DNA from: Lama glama
Lineage: Eukaryota
Direction of reading: 5' to 3'
DNA length: 64,000 nt
Assembly: GCA_028534125.1 (NCBI GenBank)
Contig: CM052817.1
Span: 20,400,001-20,464,000, forward strand
Made by a program: the position numbers and the translations under genes. This document shows, piece by piece, positions 53,167-64,000 of this stretch. The notes beneath the pieces were generated by a model. The model ran no database searches. It was not told the origin of the DNA and was given only the letters and a program-made list of their open reading frames with translations. Positions within the stretch are counted from its first letter, which is position 1; each line of letters starts with the position of its first letter.

Positions 53167-53600
53167 TGGATTGCTTAAGAATGCATTTAGCTGCAAGTAA
53201 TAAATTAACCACGCTTAACTGAAGGGTTGATTTTTCCCTTAGAACAAGTTTCAAGAAGCCCCCAGTCAGCAGGATTTGCTGAGTTGTGATGCTGCTGTCC
53301 TGTGGCTCTGTCATCCTCAGTTGTTGGTTTTCCTTCTCATATTCCTGAGACAGTTGCTGCTTCTCCAGCCACTCTGTCCGTGTTTCAGATGAGGAGAAGG
53401 AAGAGGGACAAAAATAAAAAGAAAAACTTCCTTGACCCCATTTCCTTTCTATCCCGGGAAGGATTCCCTCCTCAAGGAGTTTTCTCAATATTTTATCGTC
53501 CAAAATTTTGCCACTCAGCGTCTCCTCGGAGAAAGCTAGATGGGAGTGTGGGTGTTTTTTCTTTTCAGTTTTGGTGGTGTGGAAGATGAGGGAGTGAGCC
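53167..53600 (-). mobile_element. Old MaLR LTR (MLT1J/K-like)
   Basis: aatgcatttagctgcaagtaa...ctctgtcatcctcag...gttgctgcttctccagcca...gtgtttcag motif series. Confidence 0.65.
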
Positions 53601-53864
53601 AAACTAACCCTCTGCTTTAAGGGACCAGAAGTAGTCTTGGTACCACATGCCTGTTAAGTCTTCTCACAGTGGCATGAGTCACTCAGATGTTTTCAGCATT
53701 TTCGTTGTTCAGTTGAATGACTCCAGTTTCCTCTAACTCTCTTAATAGGATGGCTTTCTAACTTTTCTCTGACTTTTAGAGCCCCTTCCAATGATTATTT
53801 TTTTAATCCATATCTCTACACATATCCAAGGTGTTATAAACCTACCTAATCCCAAGAGGATATC

Positions 53865-54010
53865 TGAGAACCATCCTGTTCTCCCCATATCCCTTCTTTA
53901 CATTTCATAGATGAGATGTGGAGGCCTGGAGAGGCAAAGCTGCATAGCAAGTTAGTGAACCTAAACTAGGTTCCACATGTCTGGACTCTCAGGCCTGGCT
54001 TTTTCTAAAT
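53865..54010 (-). mobile_element. MIR SINE
   Basis: catttcatagatgagatgtggaggcctggagagg...gcaagttagtg. Confidence 0.65.
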
Positions 54011-54189
54011 ATTACTAAATAATAAGTCTATATGTTCATATATGTTGAAATTTAGGAGCAAAATAAAATCACTGACATAGAAAGTGTTTATTACAGAAAA
54101 AAAACTCTTGAAATGACCACCCTGTAATTTCAATTCCACAGAGTGCTAGACGTTGACTAGTGAAATAGGAGGCAATCTCTAGTGTGTCA

Positions 54190-54420
54190 AGTCAGCAGAT
54201 GTTTCCTGGGTGCCTGTTATGTTCCAGGCACAACAGAGGCCTCGGATACAGCAGTGAACATGGAAGAGGAAGTTTTGCCCTCAGTAAAGTTTACAAATAT
54301 GCATTGATTTTCATACACTAATCAAATATTTACTAAGGGCTTACTCTGTGTCTTGGACTGTTCTAAATACAGGATATACAGTTTATGACAAGAAAGACAG
54401 GATTTGTATTCTTCTGAACA
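54190..54420 (-). mobile_element. Two L2 3'-end fragments
   Basis: gtgcctgttatgttccaggcac...ggatacagcagtgaaca and caaatatttactaagggcttactctgtgtc...gatatacag. Confidence 0.65.
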
Positions 54421-56459
54421 TTGAAGCCAAAACTCACTGTTTTCTAGAGATACACAAGGAAGAACTCAGACATCACCTTTCCCCACTGCTTATTAGCGAA
54501 TGCAATCAAAGGAACATATATTTAATTGATAGTATTTCTTAATCTGGGGATTACAATAAATTCTAGGCTTTTAAAAATGTATGTGATATATATCTTTTGG
54601 CAGGATGTGCAATTTTGTTAGATTCAAAAAAGGATCCAGATTTAAGTGTAAATTTATTGGGCTCAGTTCTAACAACTTTGACTCTCTCTACCTTTATTCC
54701 TTTGTTTTATTGAATTTAACTTGAATGAAATCTTTTTTTATTTGTCTAAGTCTATTTCTGTCTAGTAAGGAAGTTGAAATTGATCACGCCTTGACTTTGT
54801 GGGCCATCAGAGAACCATGACATTCCAGGGTATTGATTTTGTGGTGTTAAAGGGTGACAGATCTAATGTTAAAGTGCCGAGAGAGAATTGGGTTTCAGAT
54901 TGTACACCATAAGCAGTCTTGGCTTTTGCTGAGGCATGACTAGCTTTTTAAAGTAATGGAAGGAATTGTAAGTCTTTCGTAATTTTTCCTGCATATCCTT
55001 GGAAAGATTAATTTAAACCAGAAGCGCGTAATCACGCGTACAGGGAAAATGGTCCACGTGTGGTAAATACATACTCTGCATATCTGTATGCATACAGTTT
55101 AGAGTGCATGTATACATGTGGTTAAAGACAGTATACTCTGTGCTAAGAATATTGAGTAATGTTTCAAGTCGATATGACTAAACCTTTTCGAAATATATTT
55201 CTCCTCACATTTTGGAAGTCAATTGGTGATAACAAGTTTCGCTGTCTTTCACATCATTCTTATAATCATTATTTTGCATTTTGTTACTGTTGTGCTTTCA
55301 CGTAGGTACTGCAGAATATGAGTTATGGTGCTCACAATTCAGAGAGGCCAGAGGTCTACGAGTGAAATGCTTGGCAATTTTTCGTTACCCTCTGGGACAT
55401 GGGAGGTTGACAAGAACTATAATAGCTGCTCTAGACATGATCTGAGGAAGAGTAACCATGGTCATCTTTCAATGTCCCATTTGCCTCTCTATTTGTTCTT
55501 TTTCAGTTTAATGACCTTTAGTGGATGCACTGAAAATAACATTTTGATTATATGATTATTGTGTGGAAGACTCTACTTAGCTAAGTCCAAGTGTATCTCT
55601 GGAAAACAATCAGAGGTGTACCAGATTCTTTGACTTTAACCAATCCATCATAGTCATCTTTTAATTTATTTCCCCACATTTTTCCAAGTTCCCATTCTTG
55701 AATAAGATTTTGACCTGCAAAGAAGAATAGAATGTATTTTATAATGTATGTTTGTTCTGTTTTCTAACAACATAAGTATTTTGCTTAAGCAGATTTGCTA
55801 GAAAGTGACAGCTTTGAAAAATTGGACACAGGAGCCACTGGAAGCATTTCAGTTCCAGGCAATCTAAATAGTGCAGAAGGGGAAAATGAAATATCACCGT
55901 GTTTTAAAGATGACAGTTTTGTCAAAGATTCCTTTTCACTCTTTGGCTTAAAACAAATAGAGTAAATCAAGTATATCTGTTCAAAATATGCGTGTGCACT
56001 CATGGAGGAAGCACCCCTTCCTAGGAAGGTTCCTTCAGAGACAACCAATGAGAGGATTACCTTTAAAACATGTTTCACGGATTGGGAAGACTTTCATTTT
56101 CTTGGCATAATTATTATTTGGCACATTTTGAGGTCATGGGATTTCACTAGAACATAGTGGTGCCTTTAAAAAGAGAGGAAAAGGAGAATCTCCTGGTTTA
56201 ACACCATCTAAGTATATCATTATGGGCCTCTATCATGCTTTTTTAGAAATGCAATAATGTAATTATTATTGTGTGTGTGTGTGTGTGCACATGCGTGTGT
56301 GAGAGAGGTTTAAAAGCCTAAGGTTAGATGCTAAACATTTTATGAATATATTAAAAATGCAATAATATTCTCTAGATGAAAAATGTTGTTGAGTATATTT
56401 GAAAAGGTGTAGCAAGTTTGATAAAACCTGCTTTGAGAACAGTTGTATCGCTAACTGGA

Positions 56460-56670
56460 GAGGCAGTGGAGTGTAGTCTAGTTAAGAGCACAGACACAGA
56501 GGTGAGACTTCTTGGGCTAAAAATTCCAGTGTCGTGATCCGGAGCAAGTTAATTTCTCCGTTCTTGAGTCCCTTCTTTGTTAAATGGGACTAATGATAGT
56601 ATCTACTTCCTAGAGTCCACATACCGTTAGCCTGAGATCTCATAACACTCAACAGTGTTAGTTATTGTTG
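56460..56670 (+). mobile_element. MIR SINE
   Basis: aggcagtggagtgtag..gttaagagcacagac...gagcaagttaatttctc...aaatgggactaatgatagtatctacttcctagag. Confidence 0.7.
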
Positions 56671-58204
56671 GTAACTGAAAACTCTTACCATGTTATTAAG
56701 CCATGAATAGAAAAGAATTTTTTTTTAAAAAAAAAGGTAATTCAGAGGATGAATTAAAAGCTCAATAATTTTCAGGAATTCTGCAACATACAAATCATGT
56801 TTCTTTCAGGACAATAGTAAATGAGTAGTGATCGCATGCTTTTTTTTCCCCCTAACAAAAGAAGCAGTGCTGATTGCCCCTTATGTCTTGTACATGTACT
56901 GTAATGTACTTTGAGAGCTATACTGTAAGGAAGCCACTGGTCATTTCTATCTTTCAGATTCCATAAAATAATCAGTTAGCTGGTTTCATGTTCGTAGATT
57001 ATTCTCAATTTTTGTCATGTTACTTTTAGAGACTGTCTTATAAATGAATGTATATTTTAATTACAATCTGTTCCAATTCACCTTTGGCAAGAGTAGTTAT
57101 GTTAGTACCGTTACTTTCTGAAACAACTTTCGTTTAATATGCTGTGTTCATTGTCTGCGCCATTATATGCTTAAATTGTCTCTTATCAAAGAGGTAGCTG
57201 GTAGTATGTTTTATCGGGATTATCACCTAAATCTGTCCCATGAAAAAGATTGATTCATTATGGGTTCCATAAAAAAAAATCTTAAAACGTGATCTATTTA
57301 TACATTTTACTTCATTTTAGGGCCTATCGGCTCTTCATATTAATAGGATTGTCATTTTTTATGTATGAAAGGATTCTTGGTATGGTTTGGCTCAGAGCCA
57401 TCACATTACCTTTCCTTTTAACTCTTTGGAAACATTGACTTATGTTGATTGCATTAGTACGGGCTTAATTTTATTTCATGTCCAAGATGACAAAGGTCAC
57501 TTCATTAGGTACCTCATTTGTCTTTCTTCCTAGTGGTTTTCTGGTATCCTATACTAAGTATCATATAAAAAAAAATGTTCTGCTTCCATTAAGAAAAAGT
57601 GGACAGAGAACAAAGCCAATTATTTGCAGCACATAAAATCCTTATGATAATTTGGTAGAGTTTAATTAAACTAATACATCACACTGCACTTATAAGACAA
57701 AGGAGTAAAAAAGGAGCAAATAATCTTTTTTATGTTAAAAAACACCATATTGCTTTTTGATTAAGCTCTTTAAGACTTGTGACCTACTTTAAGGTGTAAG
57801 ATTTACAGTCCTTTACATAGGAAGCACGTTTTATAAAAGTTCTATGTAATATTGATTGGGACCAGCCCCTCACCAAAATTTGAAGTGAAACTATGAAAAT
57901 TTCTTATGATTTTTCCAACTCTCCAAAATAAAAGTTTCTGCAAATTTTGCCCATGCAAAAAGCATTTTTATTACAAAGAATCTTATTTTGGTATTTAATG
58001 TACAGTCACCATTGGTTGTTTTTTTTGGGCCCACTGACATTAATGCAAAGTCCACTATAAATGAAGAGCAAGTTTCTGTAACTTGCATATTGTCCCTGTA
58101 TTTCACAACTGGAATGTACTGAAATTAGAGCTATTTGGTCTTTATTTAAATAATCTCATTTCCCAACTTTCCATTTCCTTGAGATGTAATCTCATAAGAT
58201 ACAT

Positions 58205-58380
58205 GGAAATAAACCTCTGATTAGGAGTGAGGACATTTAGTTTTAATCCTAGGTCTGCAGTGTTATACTGAATGTGTCTTGTCGCCCCTCTGGGCCTCAG
58301 TATTATCACTGGTAAAGTGAATAGTTTGGTAGAGGATGATTCCCGGTGACTTCCTTATCTCTCAAGTTATACTTCTGCAT
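58205..58380 (+). mobile_element. MIR (MIR3/MIRc-like) SINE
   Basis: gattaggagtgaggacatttag..aatcctagg...cctctgggcctcagtatt. Confidence 0.6.
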
Positions 58381-60607
58381 TAGTTATTACTATAATACCT
58401 TTCTGTGTCCTGAAGGTCAGTACTTAATATGCTCATATGGATCATTAAATCAGTGCCACTTGGTATTTATGAAAGTATTTCTAAAAACATTTTTAGAAAT
58501 TTCTGATGATCAGAAAGCATAGCTTTTTAAAGCTGGTTAACCACAAATCATATTAAAAGAGAATTATATTCAACTTAGAAATGTATCTATTATTAACTAA
58601 GGCTCCACATACTCACTGGCAGTTCTTACACTTTCAACATTATCTTTCACGAGCAGGAAACTGGTTGGCTAGATTTTATCATTTTGTCCTAGCTCACATT
58701 TACATTTCCAAGACTCAGTTAATTCACTGGATATTTACTTCATTTTCTGGCTCGTGGATCAAACTCTTAGTGAGTTTATCCACCACCTGGAAACACTTTG
58801 ACTGCTTTCTGCTCCCCTCTGTGAGTGTTTTAAGGCTCCCCAAGTAGCTCTCAATTTTTCAGGCACAGGATTACAATTTTAGTGGCATTTAACAACAGCC
58901 GAGTTTGCTATTCACTTTGTTTCATTAACAACTAGTCTCCGTTTCTCTCAGGCAGCTTATTGCTTTGGTATAGGAATACTAGCCAGTTCTGCTTCTATTT
59001 CCAAAGGTGACCAATACTATGGTCCAAAAAGGATAGTGATGATAGCTTAAGTTTGCATCATTTTACATTTTTATTATAAGCTTTAAGGACAGAAATGCAT
59101 GAATGCTCAACTTTGGACAAACGTAATTGGAACTAGAAAGCTGGAATGCAGTCTAACGTTTTTGCTTGTATAGTGCACAGTTGTCTGTCTGGATTGATCT
59201 CTGTCCCTCTCTGATTCAGAAAGGGTGTTTCTGTAAAATACTTATTTAGAAGAAAAACAAGAAAAAAATTAAATCATGGATTAAGAACGACACACTTTAA
59301 CATTAAAGAATAGGCTGTTCTAAACCAGAAATTAATTGCATTAGTTTTAGCAAATAGTTTTTTTTTTTTTTTTGCATTCTCTGGCTTTTGACAGTTATCT
59401 TGATCTGTCTTGAACATCCAATTTAGGATGTTCAGGACAGTTTTGTTAGTGGTGGTGGTGGTGTTTAATTACTACATTGGTTCCTTTTATATGTAGACTT
59501 GAGCTAAGGAGAGCGAGTAGAGAAAACGGCTCATGATGGAGTTGAGTGAAATTCCAGAAATCTCTGGGTTAGGCAAAGAAATTCTCTCACTGCCTGCTGA
59601 TCTCACCTCAGATCTTCACAACTTTGTTTCTTCTTGGAAGGCAAATTTCCCTCATTTCGGAAGATGTCAAGCTTCCCTGTCTTTTAAGACACAACTTAGG
59701 TTTCTTTAGCCAAAGAGCCCTCTTCTTCCTCCCCTCACCACAGTTCTCTCCTCGGGGCTCTCCTAGTTTTACCTGCGGGGCTTTTATCTTCCCCACCCAC
59801 CCCAAGATTAGTAATCTGTTGATGTGTATATATTTGCATATCTCTTCAAAAGATAAAGGATTCCTCAGAACTGGGATGGTGCTTTGTCAGTCCCCCCACG
59901 CCTCAGGCAGTGCCTTTCCTGTGACTGGGCTCTGTAACCTTTGGCTTGCCTTCTAACTGAGATTCCCTGATTCTCACAGTCAGCCAGTCAATGCATATTG
60001 ATTGCTGGGCCATCCAACCTACTGCATTCTCTTGTTAGGCCCCAAATCATTCGCATTCTGTAGTCAGGGCCGAGTACAATTCCTAGGATGCGGGGCTGGT
60101 ATGGTATTGTCCAGCCCTTTCCTTCCATGGCCAGTCGTCATTGACTCCCAATCTAACAGCCCTCTTTTCTAAAGAGTGTAGATTAAACAGTGCTGATGAA
60201 TGGCCTTCCTGTGTGTGTACACGTTTACAGGTGTAAATGGGTATAAACATCCTTTCTTTGATTGGATGGGATTTGTCTTCTGTGTTCCGTTCCTCTCCTT
60301 TTTTTTTTTTTCTTGGCAGTTTGGACAATTTTTGAGTATGTTGAAGCTGTTTCTTATATATTCACAAATTTAAGTAATTATGATAGAATCCTGAGTCTGA
60401 TAAATACATAGGCTTCTAGGACTGAGCTTCCTAACACATTCATTTATAGTAGTTTAGGAATAAACTAAAAATCAGCATAATTTTGCTTATTATTTCTTAA
60501 ACTGTGGCAAAAATGGAGATATTTGCAGTTATGACGTAGCTGTTTATTTTTTAAAAGATTCCAAGTCAGATTTAAGAAATAATTATTAGAAGACATAATG
60601 TAGAAGA

Positions 60608-61107
60608 NNNNNNNNNNNNNNNNNNNNNNNNNNNNNNNNNNNNNNNNNNNNNNNNNNNNNNNNNNNNNNNNNNNNNNNNNNNNNNNNNNNNNNNNNNNNN
60701 NNNNNNNNNNNNNNNNNNNNNNNNNNNNNNNNNNNNNNNNNNNNNNNNNNNNNNNNNNNNNNNNNNNNNNNNNNNNNNNNNNNNNNNNNNNNNNNNNNNN
60801 NNNNNNNNNNNNNNNNNNNNNNNNNNNNNNNNNNNNNNNNNNNNNNNNNNNNNNNNNNNNNNNNNNNNNNNNNNNNNNNNNNNNNNNNNNNNNNNNNNNN
60901 NNNNNNNNNNNNNNNNNNNNNNNNNNNNNNNNNNNNNNNNNNNNNNNNNNNNNNNNNNNNNNNNNNNNNNNNNNNNNNNNNNNNNNNNNNNNNNNNNNNN
61001 NNNNNNNNNNNNNNNNNNNNNNNNNNNNNNNNNNNNNNNNNNNNNNNNNNNNNNNNNNNNNNNNNNNNNNNNNNNNNNNNNNNNNNNNNNNNNNNNNNNN
61101 NNNNNNN
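60608..61107. other. Assembly gap (500 N)
   Basis: N run. Confidence 1.
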
Positions 61108-62059
61108 AATTATTTAGAAAATACAGACATGCTTATAAAATGCGGTAATGTTTATAAATGGGAACATAATAAAAAATAATCAATCAACGCATACCTTGAG
61201 CTGTTTCCATGAATTATCTCTTAGAGTTTAGAGACTACTGTTTAAAATAAACCCCAGTGAAATATCTAACAAGTTTATTTATTTCTAGTATTCTTCAGCA
61301 GGGTGATTAGGTAAGCTCAAGTTCTCACCCTCACTTTCAGTTTCTTGACTATTTGGAATTATGTTAATCAAATGAAATTAAGTGATTAATTACGTTAATC
61401 ACTGCCGTGATTGTGGGAAGCACCTTTTGTACCGTGACATTTTCTTTTCGGCTATTGCTGCATCATTTGTGTTGCCATTCAGTTTTGTTTAACTGTGAGG
61501 AACGTTTTATTTCAGCTTTCTCAAAATAATGTGCTGTAATTTTTCCTGTTAACTTATTTTAAAATATATGTTACAGTTGAATCTTTAGATTGACTACTTT
61601 CCACATAGATGTTTGTAAAGCCTAGCATGGTCCTTCTGTAGTCCCTGTTACTTCCTGTTTAGTTGAATTTGAAATTGATAAGCCCTGATGACTGTTATTA
61701 GAAGTTACTCCAATTACTGTGCCATCTAGCAATATTGAATCATAAACATATGTGTTAAAAAAAGCTTTCTCTCTCTCTCTGTGCTACTGTCAACTAATCA
61801 AGACTGTGAGATAAAATAGATCATGGCTAGGCAGGGGAGCATGGTCGAACTGCTATTAAAGTTTGTGAACAAACTTGTTTGGTAGATTCAAATATTACAC
61901 TGAAGGTTAAAGTGTTCCCTACATTGCTGCCCGCAAATCTTACAAGAACAGAAAACTTTTTCTTCTTAAGCCATTCTCAGGAACATTTAGTGCCTGTTCA
62001 TTTCTAATTAATACATTTCCATTTTCTCAATTTAGAATCATATTCCTCTGACTCTAATC

Positions 62060-62525
62060 TCCCTCTCCCATTTTTACTTTTCATTCTGCCTTTTCATGAG
62101 CTCTCTGCTCCAGTGAAGCCTGGTAACTTTCAAGTGACTTTACCTACTTCACACTTTCCTACCTGTTTATCGTAACCTAAACTGTCATCTCCTCCAGCAA
62201 TTTTGTCTTCTAATTTTATGTGTGTGAATCCTACTTTCTTTGATTCTTCTTTCATCAGACTTTTTCTGGTTACCAAGTTGGGAATGCTAATTTTAAGTTA
62301 TTTTATCTGTGTGATTTTATATTACCTGGAGCTTTCCATCTTTAGTGATGGACTTTTTTGTGGTTTTGTAAGTGTGTATATGTACCATTTATTTATTACA
62401 CCATAATCTCTTCACTGGGAAGGTCGAAATCTGATTCATATTTTCCATCTCCCTCCAGTTCTTAGCAAAGTGCCTTGCTGATTGTATCTTAGTAGATACT
62501 GACTCAGTAGTGATTGAATTCATTT
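62060..62525 (+). mobile_element. L2 fragment
   Basis: ctctctgctccagtgaa...tgattcatattttccatctccctccagttcttagcaaagtgcctt...gattgaat. Confidence 0.5.
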
Positions 62526-64000
62526 GATGCTACAAATGGGAATTTTATGCCGTTTAGAATGGGATTCAATGTAATGTATTAATAGGTACGCAATAAATAT
62601 TTATTGCATTTCTACAATAGATTAGGTGCTAAGGCTATCACATTCCTACAAAATATGAAGTGCTGGGTAACAGTTGAGGCGATAGGCACCTATTTATAGA
62701 TATAAATATCACAGATCATGTGAGCTCTGTTACAGCTTGTGTTCTTCTGTGTTACTCGGGACGCACCCGATGGCAGGAATTCTATTATTACCAAGCATGT
62801 CGCCCAGATGTGATAACTACCTCGTGCCTAGAGTGGCAGGAGGGTATAAAAAGAGACTGGGAAATAGATCAAAATGCAAAAGGCATTAGATTTTCACATT
62901 AAGTCAATTCAACTTGATCCTGGGAGAAGTGGGAGTCAGACAGCAGAGGTCTTTTCATAGCGGAGCAGAGGGGAGTGGAGGCCTTGATTTGTTGGGGGAA
63001 TAACTTTAAAAGCAGTGCAAAAGTAGCACTAGGGAGGGAAGACACAGATAACCCTAAAGGGATCTGGGTTGTGGTTTAACGGAGACGTATTTTTCTTGGA
63101 CGTGGAATTCTGTGCCATTAGTGGCCACACTTCATGTGGAATAAGAAGCAGTAGAGACAATCGCTCTCATTCACCATTTCTTGGCACCAATGCACTGCTC
63201 AGCTCTAGAGACTTATTTCCTTATTAGAGGAATTAGTACAATTAATAACAAAAGAAATGCATATTAATGCATCGTTTCTAAAATCCATAGATCAAACACT
63301 ATTCTTTGAATGTGGAGTTCAGTTCAAATTAAATGTTTATATGTGATGATATGGGAAATCTGTATGGTGTTTGGAAATGGAAGGAAAGCATCACTTAAAT
63401 ATAAATTCCTTTGCTCTAATACTGACTGTCAAAAAAGACTTTCCTTGATGTTAAGCTATGAGCTCAAGTAAATCATGCCCAGGAGGCTGAAGGCTAAAGA
63501 ATCATCACTCATGAAACTCATGCCATTCCATTTCTACCCCATCATTGCTTGAACTAACTGCTCAAGCTATAAGCTGATTTTTATTTCAGACTTTACCCCA
63601 AAATATTTTTATTTGATTTTTAACCTTGCATCATATCATTAAAGTATTTTCAATTTGCTTTTTATGTTTCATGGTTTAAAAAAAAAGAATTTATGCTGCA
63701 GATAATGCGGATATGATTTTCACGGTCCTACTGTTAATAATGCTCATTGTTTTCTTTTGAAAAAAATAAAACAATTCATAGGAGTTCATTTGTAGTAAGA
63801 CTATTCTGGCAGTTCTGTAACAGTGAAATTTTTAAGGATTAACAATAGTGAAAGCACAGTCTGCAAAGTTCTTCTTTTTTTTTTCTCCATCTTTTTTCAC
63901 CTTTATTTCAAATTAAAAGATACATATTTCCTTAGTCTGAATGTTTTTCTGCCTGAATGTTTTCTGTGTGATCTTTGCTTTGCAACCGAGGAAGTTCAAC

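Noticed and set aside
16500..64000. 60-150 aa ORFs throughout the intron
   Set aside because: Random-length ORFs, many with non-ATG starts or inside repeats. No domain similarity and no PCDH7 long-isoform exon recognised.

Overview
Mammalian genomic DNA, probably camelid (a Vic-1-like tRNA SINE lies at ~47.9-48.0 kb), holding the 5' part of the protocadherin-7 gene (PCDH7, + strand). The gene has a CpG-island promoter and a ~1 kb uORF-rich leader. A giant first coding exon (6992-10168) encodes the signal peptide, 7 cadherin repeats, TM and proximal tail. A short terminal exon (16250-16285) gives the 'a'-type C-terminus, and read-through of the exon-1 donor gives a 'b'-type tail (stop at 10252). 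Everything after ~16.5 kb is AT-rich non-coding DNA, the long intron leading to the long-isoform exons outside this window. It carries MIR, L2, MLT1, LTR33, MER5/MER20/MER33, a short L1 and a SINE. The first ~1.8 kb is a nested ERV1-like structure. Four fixed-length N gaps indicate scaffold joins. I found no convincing novel biological system. The best leads are regulatory and isoform-level: uORFs, non-B DNA tracts, an exitron candidate, an upstream LTR with a splice donor, a CpG-rich intronic element and palindrome clusters. Repeat family names come from recalled consensus motifs, not a database search.
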